From: Pyrinomonadaceae bacterium
Lineage (GTDB): Bacteria; Acidobacteriota; Blastocatellia; Pyrinomonadales; Pyrinomonadaceae
Direction of reading: 5' to 3'
Assembly (NCBI GenBank): GCA_035941575.1
Contig: DASZDV010000187.1
Location: forward strand, 1 to 25,810
Length of the DNA: 25,810 nt
Shown: positions 16,491-24,153 of the stretch, piece after piece
Layout of the letters: each line of letters starts with the position of its first letter
Numbering within the stretch: position 1 is the stretch's first letter
Notes under the pieces: generated by a model
Told to the model about the DNA's origin: nothing
The model's input: only the letters and a program-made list of their open reading frames with translations
Databases searched by the model: none
Program-made: the position numbers and the translations under genes

Positions 16491-19400
16491 ATGAGAACCC
16501 ATTACGCGTCGAGCCTTTTAAAGGTTGTGTGGGGAGTCCTGTTTATCTTGACCTTTGCCGCCGGTCTATCCGGCGATGTGTCGGCACAAGTCACGGCCAG
16601 CGCGAATATTAGCGGCACGGTCAAAGACAAAAACGGAGCTGTAATCAGAAATGCAACTGTCACCATCACGAATAAAGCCACTGGTCTAGGCCGAACTGCA
16701 ACAACCAATGACGACGGCGAATATAGGGTTGTCATGTTGCCCGCGGGCCGCTATGACTTCAAGGTAACCGCAACCGGATTCGGTGAAGTGACCGTTGAGA
16801 ACTCCGAAGTTCTCGTTGGAAAGACAAACAATTTCGACTTCACGTTGGAACCCGGCGTGCAGACAGCCAGCGTCCTCGTCACGGGTGAAGCCGAACTGGT
16901 CAGCAGAGAGAAAACTGACGTCAGTCTCAACATTACGCCGCGTGAGGTTCAGGATCTGCCTCTCAACGGTCGTGATCTGGGGAACCTTGCTTACCTGGCG
17001 CCCGGAGCAAAGCCGGTCGATTCTTACGATCCAACCAAACGTCGAATCTCTGTGTTCGGCATTAACGGTTCGAGTGGTCGCAACGTGAACGTGACTGTTA
17101 ACGGCATTGATAACAAGGACAATACCGTGGGTGGGCCCGTGATGCAGTTTCCGCTCGAGGCGATCCAGGAGTTCGTGATTAGCACGGCACGTTTTTCAGC
17201 GGTGAATGGACGAAGTGAAGGCGCGGCGGTCAACGTGGTGACGAAATCTGGCGGCAGTGATTACCACGGGGCTGTTTTCTACTTCCTACGAGATAAAAAA
17301 CTGAATGCCGCCGAAGTCTCACCGGCGGATCAGTCAATCGAGTCGAAGCCACCCTTTAACAGAAAACAGTGGGGAGGCTCGATTAGTGGACCGTTGCATC
17401 TTCCGCGTTTTGGAGAAGGTGGACCAACCCACTACCGGACAGGCGACAACACTTTCTTTTTCTTCGCGCTCGAGCGTCAGAATGAAGCTACTTCGATTCC
17501 TGTTGCCTCCGATGCATTCAACGAACTGCTGTTGGTGCAGTCGCTGGGAGCTCGGCCGGCAACAGTGCTTCCGACCCCTTATAAAGATTGGCGCATCAAC
17601 GCCCGCATCGATCACACGTTCAACTCGAAACACAACATGTTCCTGTCGTACAACGATCAATCCAACATTGGACTAAACGATCAAGCGACTCAGCGTGTTG
17701 ATCTTACTCAGGGCAATTTCACGACGAACCGCCTGATACTCGGCAGCCTTTCACTGAATTCAGCCTTCAGCAGCAGTACCGTTAATGCGCTGACGATTGG
17801 CTATCAGTACTGGCATAACCTCATCGATAGTGAGCAAAAGACCACTACATTCACCTTCCCGACAGGTATTGGCTTTGGCACCAACGTCAACGTGCCTCAG
17901 GAGTCGTACCAAATCAAATACCAGTTCAAAGATGACCTCTCAATTAACAGAGGAAACCATACCTTCAGAACCGGTGTTGATTACCTGTGGGAGCCAAAGC
18001 TTGGAGGCTTTTTCGAGTTCAATCCCACGTTGGAGATTGACTTCGTCTCCCTGCCTAGCGCGATCGTGAAATTGCCGCAAAGCTTTTCCACTCCCGGATT
18101 GGTCGGTGGAATGACGGCGACGGCGGGCAATCCATATTTCGACTTACCCGGTGGCGCCAAAATGCTCGGCCTGTATGTCCAGGATGATTGGAAAGCACGA
18201 AGAAACCTTACCTTCAACCTCGGGTTGCGCTGGGACAAGGACTTCAACCTCATTGGCACAAAGGCGCAAGAAAAGAGCAGGACGTATCTCGCTCTGAAAG
18301 CGATTAACCATCCCGCGGCCGCGTCGTTGCCGAAGGATGATAGCCGCGACTTTAGCCCACGTGTCGGTTTTGCGTGGGACATCACTTCATCAGGAAGACA
18401 CGTTCTGCGAGGCGGTTATGGTCTCTATTACGGCCAGACGTTCTTGAATATCCCTCTGTTTATGATCCAGCAGATCAACCCAACGATCTTCGTGAGTGTC
18501 TTCAGCATAGCCAGCGGCGATATCGTGCCAGGCACTGGGATTAAACTATCGGATTGGCGTTTCGGAATTGATCCGCTCCCAACCATCCCACCACCGCCTA
18601 CCCAGTTACCCGACAACTCCACGGGACGCATTATGGATCCCGATTATCAGAATCCACTTACGCAGCAATGGAACGCCGGCTATACGTGGCAACTCAATTC
18701 CTACTCAGTATTGGAATTTGAATACACGCATATCCTTGGCTTGCATGAGTCGAAGACGGTCAATATCAATCCGACCCGTGCGATGTTTTTAGATTCGTCG
18801 GGCGCTGAGATTACTTCGCGGCCGTTAACCGCTGCGTTAGCGGCAGCTCACCAGCCGATACTCGGGCGAATCGACCTGGAACAATCATCCGGCCGTTCAC
18901 GCTATGACGGTATGAATATTTCCTACCGCCGGCGCTTGCACGACAGTTTTACCGTGAACGCCACTTACACGCTCTCACGAGCACTGGCTTACAACGGTAA
19001 CTCTGCGGCGTTTAGAAATCGTGCGTGGGACCCGTTCAATTTATTCGCGCCGTTTGAACTTGGGCCAACGCCAAACGACTCACGTCATCGCTTCTCGATG
19101 GGCAGTGTCGTGAATCTACCCGGCGGATTTCAGGTGGCGCCGATTATGCAATGGGAATCAGCGCGTCCGTACACAGCCGGTTATGGCGGCGCGGTTGATA
19201 CGCTGGGAGTAGGTGGTGGACGCGGAACTTCTCACGTAGTTGTCTTCAAGGACAATCCAAACGATCTGAGAGCGACGCTGACGGCATTCGGAGATCCTGG
19301 CGCTTCAAATGCGAACCGGGTGAAATACAGAAACTGTTTACGGTCAGGACAATGCACTCACGCGTCCTTCGACAATCTGAGAGGCCAACCGTTCTTCCAG

Positions 19401-19622
19401 TTGGATGCACGCGTAACGAAGAACTTCAAGATTCGTGAGCGCGCCAATCTTCAGGCGATTTTCCAGGTTTTCGACCTGACGAACCGCGCTAACTTCGGAA
19501 ATAACTTTGTTACCGACATTCGACAGGCAAACTTCGCGACACCAAGCAACTTCATTACTCCCAGCGGCGTAACAGTGCCGCACAGTTTGTCCGCGGAATT
19601 CGGTATCAGATTTACTTTCTAG
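16491..19622 (+). CDS. Oar-like TonB-dependent receptor with N-terminal carboxypeptidase-regulatory-like domain
   Basis: AAGGAG 7 nt before ATG 16491; signal peptide; ISGTVKD..GAVI.NATVTITN; LPLNGRD; G.DNKD; AIQEFVI.T; VNVVTKSG; NLTFNLGLRWD; FSPRVGFAWD; C-terminal Phe (GIRFTF). Confidence 0.92.
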   Translation: MRTHYASSLLKVVWGVLFILTFAAGLSGDVSAQVTASANISGTVKDKNGAVIRNATVTITNKATGLGRTATTNDDGEYRVVMLPAGRYDFKVTATGFGEVTVENSEVLVGKTNNFDFTLEPGVQTASVLVTGEAELVSREKTDVSLNITPREVQDLPLNGRDLGNLAYLAPGAKPVDSYDPTKRRISVFGINGSSGRNVNVTVNGIDNKDNTVGGPVMQFPLEAIQEFVISTARFSAVNGRSEGAAVNVVTKSGGSDYHGAVFYFLRDKKLNAAEVSPADQSIESKPPFNRKQWGGSISGPLHLPRFGEGGPTHYRTGDNTFFFFALERQNEATSIPVASDAFNELLLVQSLGARPATVLPTPYKDWRINARIDHTFNSKHNMFLSYNDQSNIGLNDQATQRVDLTQGNFTTNRLILGSLSLNSAFSSSTVNALTIGYQYWHNLIDSEQKTTTFTFPTGIGFGTNVNVPQESYQIKYQFKDDLSINRGNHTFRTGVDYLWEPKLGGFFEFNPTLEIDFVSLPSAIVKLPQSFSTPGLVGGMTATAGNPYFDLPGGAKMLGLYVQDDWKARRNLTFNLGLRWDKDFNLIGTKAQEKSRTYLALKAINHPAAASLPKDDSRDFSPRVGFAWDITSSGRHVLRGGYGLYYGQTFLNIPLFMIQQINPTIFVSVFSIASGDIVPGTGIKLSDWRFGIDPLPTIPPPPTQLPDNSTGRIMDPDYQNPLTQQWNAGYTWQLNSYSVLEFEYTHILGLHESKTVNINPTRAMFLDSSGAEITSRPLTAALAAAHQPILGRIDLEQSSGRSRYDGMNISYRRRLHDSFTVNATYTLSRALAYNGNSAAFRNRAWDPFNLFAPFELGPTPNDSRHRFSMGSVVNLPGGFQVAPIMQWESARPYTAGYGGAVDTLGVGGGRGTSHVVVFKDNPNDLRATLTAFGDPGASNANRVKYRNCLRSGQCTHASFDNLRGQPFFQLDARVTKNFKIRERANLQAIFQVFDLTNRANFGNNFVTDIRQANFATPSNFITPSGVTVPHSLSAEFGIRFTF

Positions 19623-19629
19623 GGAGGTT

Positions 19630-20034
19630 CTATTCGCGCGGTTTTACGTTGTCGCGCAGAAACTTCACGATGTCTTCAGTGGACGTGCCGGGCAGAAATA
19701 TCTCAGCGACGCCTTGTTGTTTGAGTTTCGGCACGTCCTCCTGAGGAACGATCCCGCCAACCAGGACCAGGCAGTTGTCCATGCCTTTTTCACGCAGCAA
19801 CTGAACAATGCGCGGGCAGAGTGTATTGTGTGCGCCGCTGAGGATTGATACGCCCACTGCGTCAACGTCTTCCTGAAGTGCCGCAGCCGCGATCATTTCG
19901 GGTGTTTGGCGCAAACCTGTGTAGATGACTTCCATACCTGCGTCCCGTAACGCCCGCGCGATAACTTTCGCGCCGCGATCGTGACCGTCGAGACCGGGCT
20001 TGGCTACCAGAACACGAATCTTTCGCGTGGACAT
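19630..20034 (-). CDS. B12-binding small subunit of an acyl-CoA mutase (IcmB/MCM C-terminal domain type)
   Basis: [34 protein letters not shown], containing the DxHxxG cobalamin motif. Confidence 0.95.
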   Translation of the reverse strand: MSTRKIRVLVAKPGLDGHDRGAKVIARALRDAGMEVIYTGLRQTPEMIAAAALQEDVDAVGVSILSGAHNTLCPRIVQLLREKGMDNCLVLVGGIVPQEDVPKLKQQGVAEIFLPGTSTEDIVKFLRDNVKPRE

Positions 20035-20036
20035 AT

Positions 20037-21719
20037 TTAGAAGGCGGGTTCTTCGTAGATGCCGTAAACGTCGCGCAGTGCGGAACAGATCTCACCGAGC
20101 GTTGCGTAGGCACGGACGGCATCGATCGTTGCCGGCATCGTGTTCTCGTTTCTGGAAGCAGCAAGCTTGAGTTTGTCGAGAGCGTTCGCTACCGCGCCTG
20201 CATCGCGTCGCGTGCGCGTTTGTTCGAGCCGTTCGACCTGATGCGCGCGAACCGATTCGTCGATTACGAGAATTGGCACTTCGGCAGGTTCATCCGTCAT
20301 CGCAAACTTATTGACGCCAACAATCACTTGATCGCCTCGTTCAACCGCTTTCTGGTACTGGTAAGCGGAGTCTTGAATCTCGCGTTGCGGAAAACCTCTT
20401 TCGATTGCTGCGACCATGCCGCCCATTCCGTCGATTTTGCGGAAGTAGTCGAGCGCTTCCTGCTCCATCTTCTCGGTCAGCGCTTCCAGATAGTACGAAC
20501 CACCCAGCGGATCCACCGTGTTCGCGACTCCGGTCTCTTCCGCGATGATCTGTTGTGTGCGCAATGCGATCAGAGCTGCGCGATCCGTGGGAAGTGCGAG
20601 CGCTTCGTCGTAGGCATCCGTGTGCAGACTCTGAGTGCCCCCGAGCACGCCGGCTAATGCTTGTATTGCAACGCGAACGATGTTGTTGAGTGGTTGTTGG
20701 ACCGTAAGTGACACACCTGCAGTCTGGGTGTGAAAACGCATTTGCAACGTGCGCGGATGGTCGGTGCCGAAGCGTCGCTTCATTTCGCGAGCCCAGATGC
20801 GGCGAGCTGCGCGGTACTTTGCAATCTCTTCGAAGAAATCGTTGTGCGCGTTGAAGAAGAACGACATACGCGGCACAAAACGGTCGATATCCAGCCCGGC
20901 GTCAACGCCCCACGCGACGTAGTCGATACCGTCGCGAAGAGTAAACGCGAGTTCCTGAGCAGCCGTGGCCCCTGCTTCGCGAATGTGGTAGCCGCTAACT
21001 GAGATCGGGTTATAACGCGGCACTCGATCCGTGCAGAATGCGAACGTGTCGATCACCAGCTTCATCGCCGGTTTGATCGGATAGATCCACTCTTTCTGAG
21101 CGATGTACTCCTTCAGAATGTCGTTCTGAAGAGTGCCGGAAATCTTGTCCCAACTGGCTCCTTGCTTCTCAGCTACGACGAGGTACATCGCCAGCAGCAC
21201 TGAGGCTGGCGCATTGATCGTTTGTGAAACGGTAACCTTCTCGAGTGGAATTCCGTCGAACAACACTTCCATGTCCGCTAGTGACGAAACCGCAACGCCG
21301 CACTTGCCGACCTCGCCTTCGGACAAAGGCGAATCAGCGTCGTAACCCATCAGAGTCGGTAGATCGTAAGCGACTGAAAGTCCGGTTTGTCCCTGTTCGA
21401 GAAGATATTTGAAACGCGCGTTCGTCTCTTCAGGCGTGCTGAAGCCGGCGAACTGCCGCATGGTCCAGAGCTTTCCCCGATAACCAGTCGGATGAATGCC
21501 GCGTGTGTAAGGAAACTCGCCGGGAAAGGAGATGTCGCGGTTGAAATCGAGATCTTCAACGTCGCCAGGTGTGTAGAGACGATCGACGTCCGCGAGGGAA
21601 ACGGTCTGAAAACTCTTCTTCCGTTCGGGATGCTTAATTAGCGCAGGCTCGAGCGTCTGTTGCTCCCAACGGTCCTTTTCTAATTCAACCGGTGAGGAGC
21701 TTTCCTTCGTTTCGGGCAT
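20037..21719 (-). CDS. B12-dependent acyl-CoA mutase large subunit, isobutyryl-CoA mutase (IcmA)-like signature
   Basis: [62 protein letters not shown] and [17 protein letters not shown] 21719 follows GAGAGG; the track's 21785 start is upstream of the promoter -10. Confidence 0.93.
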   Translation of the reverse strand: MPETKESSSPVELEKDRWEQQTLEPALIKHPERKKSFQTVSLADVDRLYTPGDVEDLDFNRDISFPGEFPYTRGIHPTGYRGKLWTMRQFAGFSTPEETNARFKYLLEQGQTGLSVAYDLPTLMGYDADSPLSEGEVGKCGVAVSSLADMEVLFDGIPLEKVTVSQTINAPASVLLAMYLVVAEKQGASWDKISGTLQNDILKEYIAQKEWIYPIKPAMKLVIDTFAFCTDRVPRYNPISVSGYHIREAGATAAQELAFTLRDGIDYVAWGVDAGLDIDRFVPRMSFFFNAHNDFFEEIAKYRAARRIWAREMKRRFGTDHPRTLQMRFHTQTAGVSLTVQQPLNNIVRVAIQALAGVLGGTQSLHTDAYDEALALPTDRAALIALRTQQIIAEETGVANTVDPLGGSYYLEALTEKMEQEALDYFRKIDGMGGMVAAIERGFPQREIQDSAYQYQKAVERGDQVIVGVNKFAMTDEPAEVPILVIDESVRAHQVERLEQTRTRRDAGAVANALDKLKLAASRNENTMPATIDAVRAYATLGEICSALRDVYGIYEEPAF

Positions 21720-21756
21720 TACACCTCTCACACTGTAGAGTTCTTCTGGCACAGCG

Positions 21757-21785
21757 ATATTAGTAATTTTCACGCAAAGGCGCAA
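21757..21785 (-). promoter_or_regulatory. Putative sigma70-type promoter for the mutase genes
   Basis: On the minus strand: TTGCGC (21785-21780), 17-nt spacer, TAATAT (21762-21757). Confidence 0.6.
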
Positions 21786-21821
21786 AGCTGAGTAGGAGCT
21801 GTGTTGCTTTTTAAGAGGGGA

Positions 21822-21851
21822 GCGCGGCTGCGATGGCAGTCACAGCCGCGC
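21822..21851 (-). other. GC-rich 12-bp hairpin downstream of the ftsB-like gene, no clear U-tract
   Basis: On the minus strand: GCGCGGCTGTGA - CTGCCA - TCGCAGCCGCGC (one G-U), followed by TCCCCTCTT. Confidence 0.6.
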
Positions 21852-21964
21852 CAACTCGGAAGGGAACCCGGTTGCGTGGATATCGAGCTGGGGAAATCTA
21901 CGGGCAGGCTTTGGCAGGCATGGATATCGTTCTCCTTAGTTGTAAACAGACCTTCATTTTTTGG

Positions 21965-22384
21965 TCAGTCAACTGGAACTACGTATTCGTTACTGCGAAC
22001 CATGTTCAGGCGCGCGCGTGCGGCCGACTCGATGGCCCGTGGATCTGTGCGTAGTCGTTCGACTTCCGCTTTCAACGACTGGTTGACGCTGCGAAGCGTC
22101 TCCACATCGCTTTGCATCACTGAAAACTGTTGTTCGGCAACCTGAAATTTAGCGCGCGTCCGCATGTTCACCGTCACGCAAACGGCGAAGGTGGCCAATA
22201 GAATCATTCCAAAAACCACCCACGAAGGAATTATTCCTCCGCGGCGCCGCACCTCCGTGCGGCTGCCAATGATCTCCATCGAGATCTGCTGCATTGAAGC
22301 CAGAGAAGAATTCGCATGACGCGGCAACACACGCTGCGATCTGATGCGTTCGTCAACCCAGTAAGTATTTGCGACCTTGCTCAA
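21965..22384 (-). CDS. Septum formation initiator family protein (FtsB/DivIC- or FtsL-like)
   Basis: Single TM segment (WVVFGMILLATFAVCVTV), coiled coil, and DPRAIESAARARLNMVRSNE. TTG start 6 nt after GGAGG. Confidence 0.8.
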   Translation of the reverse strand: MSKVANTYWVDERIRSQRVLPRHANSSLASMQQISMEIIGSRTEVRRRGGIIPSWVVFGMILLATFAVCVTVNMRTRAKFQVAEQQFSVMQSDVETLRSVNQSLKAEVERLRTDPRAIESAARARLNMVRSNEYVVPVD

Positions 22385-23741
22385 GTAGCACCTCCATGTC
22401 CCTTGCCGATTCTGACTCCGCGTAAATACGTACTAGGGGTTCGGTTCCCGAAGGACGCACCAACAGCCACGAATCGTCCTCAAAAATGATCTTTAGACCG
22501 TCAATTCTGTTAATGGATTTCACTTTTCGCCCACCAATGGAAGTGGGTTCTTCTTTCAGTTTTTCTTTCAGCACCGGCATCAGCTCAGGCGTGAGTTTTA
22601 CTCCGGTTCGCCCGGACTCGAGCCGTCCGGTCTTCGCGAAAAGCTGTTCCAGTTGATCGGTTAAGGACGCACTGCGCGCCGCCACCGTCTCCGCTGCAAG
22701 GAGACACGCCAGGAGGCCATCTTTCTCCGGATAGTGACCTTTGATCGATAACCCGGCCGACTCTTCGCCGCCGAGGATAATCTTGTCCTCATTGATCAAT
22801 TCTCCGATGTATTTGAAACCTACCGGCGTCTCGTAAACAGGTAAGCCGCGAGACTTCGCGACGCGATCAACGAGATGCGAAGTGGCAACGGAGCGGGCCA
22901 CGCCTCCCTGCCAGCCTCGCGATTCCGCAAGATAATCAAAGAGGATGGCGATAAGCTGATTCGGTGTTATGAACTGGCCGTTCGCATCGATGACTCCGAA
23001 CCGATCGCCGTCGCCATCGGTCGCCAACCCCAAAACACAACCGTCTGCCAGGACCAGATCCTTCAGTTCGTTCAGTTGGCTCGCTTCCGGTTCAGGCGCC
23101 CGGCCGCCAAATAGAACGTCGCGCCAGTCGTGAATCGTCGTGACTTTCAACCCGTGATGGCGCAACAGTTTGTCGAGATAACCACGTCCCGTTCCCCAGA
23201 GCGGGTCGTATGCATAACTTCCACCTGCGGCATTAATCAGATCGAACCGGACCTTCTTTTCGAGATCCGACAGGTATTCGTCACATGGATCAAAACTGCT
23301 CGGAACGTTGCGTCCTGTGCTTCGGGGCCGATTTTCAACGGGATTTCTCAACAATTGCTCAATCTTGCTCGTCACGTCGGGCAGCGCCGGCGCGCCGTCA
23401 GCCGTGGAGAGCTTCATTCCGTTGTACTCGGGCGGATTGTGCGACGCCGTGAAGTTGATTCCGCAGACCGCGCCCCGCGAGCGAATGGCATGTGATACTG
23501 TCGGCGTCGGCGTCGGTCCGTTACAAAGGAGAACTTCAAATCCTTGCTGCACAACGATCTGGGCGCACTCCGCGGCAAACTGTTCACCCAGGAATCGCGT
23601 ATCGTGCGCGATCACGACCGGCCGGGCCGTTTCGCTGGCGAACTGGGAGCAGATCGCCTCAGCTACTCTGCCGACCGCGGCGAAAGTGAATTCGTCGGCG
23701 ATGACGGCTCGCCATCCGGATGTGCCAAAGTGAATGGTCAT
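22353..23741 (-). CDS. Phosphoglucomutase/phosphomannomutase family protein
   Basis: HFGTSGWR, FTASHNPPEYNGMK (phosphoserine loop), ATDGDGDRF (metal loop), GFKYI, GGEESAG and VRPSGTEPLVRIYAE. Confidence 0.96.
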   Translation of the reverse strand: MTIHFGTSGWRAVIADEFTFAAVGRVAEAICSQFASETARPVVIAHDTRFLGEQFAAECAQIVVQQGFEVLLCNGPTPTPTVSHAIRSRGAVCGINFTASHNPPEYNGMKLSTADGAPALPDVTSKIEQLLRNPVENRPRSTGRNVPSSFDPCDEYLSDLEKKVRFDLINAAGGSYAYDPLWGTGRGYLDKLLRHHGLKVTTIHDWRDVLFGGRAPEPEASQLNELKDLVLADGCVLGLATDGDGDRFGVIDANGQFITPNQLIAILFDYLAESRGWQGGVARSVATSHLVDRVAKSRGLPVYETPVGFKYIGELINEDKIILGGEESAGLSIKGHYPEKDGLLACLLAAETVAARSASLTDQLEQLFAKTGRLESGRTGVKLTPELMPVLKEKLKEEPTSIGGRKVKSINRIDGLKIIFEDDSWLLVRPSGTEPLVRIYAESESARDMEVLLEQGRKYLLG

Positions 23742-23936
23742 GCCCGTAAAAACTTAAGAGACTGCTTAATCAAAAAAGAGAGTTACTCCACAAGATAGTT
23801 GGTGCACCGGGTTCATCAGCCCCAACTAAATGTACTTCGCGGGTTGTCAATTTCTTGCCGCTCAAGGACTTAGCGGCGGCATGGGCGGAATGTAGCATCG
23901 GCGCTTAAAAGGTGTAAAGATTTTTCTCCTCAACGC

Positions 23937-23968
23937 TTGAACCACGTAAGTTCAACATCTACTTGAAC
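23937..23968. promoter_or_regulatory. Operator-like array TTGAAC-N7-GTTCAA-N7-TTGAAC
   Basis: Three exact hexamer half-sites in alternating orientation at 23937, 23950 and 23963. Confidence 0.5.
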
Positions 23969-23990
23969 TAAGAGCGCTTAACGGCGGATT

Positions 23991-24011
23991 TTGGCGAACG
24001 CTTGGCGAACG
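23991..24011. repeat. 10-bp direct repeat with 11-bp period
   Basis: TTGGCGAACG c TTGGCGAACG. Confidence 0.7.
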
Positions 24012-24055
24012 GAAATCGGAGTTTTAAGGGCGGAGACCAGGGGCGTTAAAACTTG

Positions 24056-24085
24056 TTGACAGTATTGGCCTTCCGTAACTAGACT
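24056..24085 (+). promoter_or_regulatory. Putative sigma70-type promoter for the activator gene
   Basis: TTGACA (24056-24061), 18-nt spacer, TAGACT (24080-24085). Confidence 0.7.
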
Positions 24086-24153
24086 CACAAGTGCGGTTTC
24101 TTGTCCCGCAGCTACTCCCCTCACACAAATGATTCAGTCAAGGAAAGTTGTTG

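Noticed and set aside
16491-19622. Receptor as a BtuB-type cobalamin importer
   Set aside because: Length and motifs are Oar-like, and no B12 riboswitch is upstream; proximity to the mutase is the only support.
19623-19629. GGAGG in the 7-nt gap after the receptor
   Set aside because: No start codon at a suitable distance; the following sequence is antisense to the mutase subunit.
21855-21900. AAGGGAACCCGGT resembling the start of a cobalamin riboswitch near the B12 mutase
   Set aside because: Wrong strand for the mutase, and the RAAUCC, GCCCCCGCAACUGU and B12-box elements are missing.
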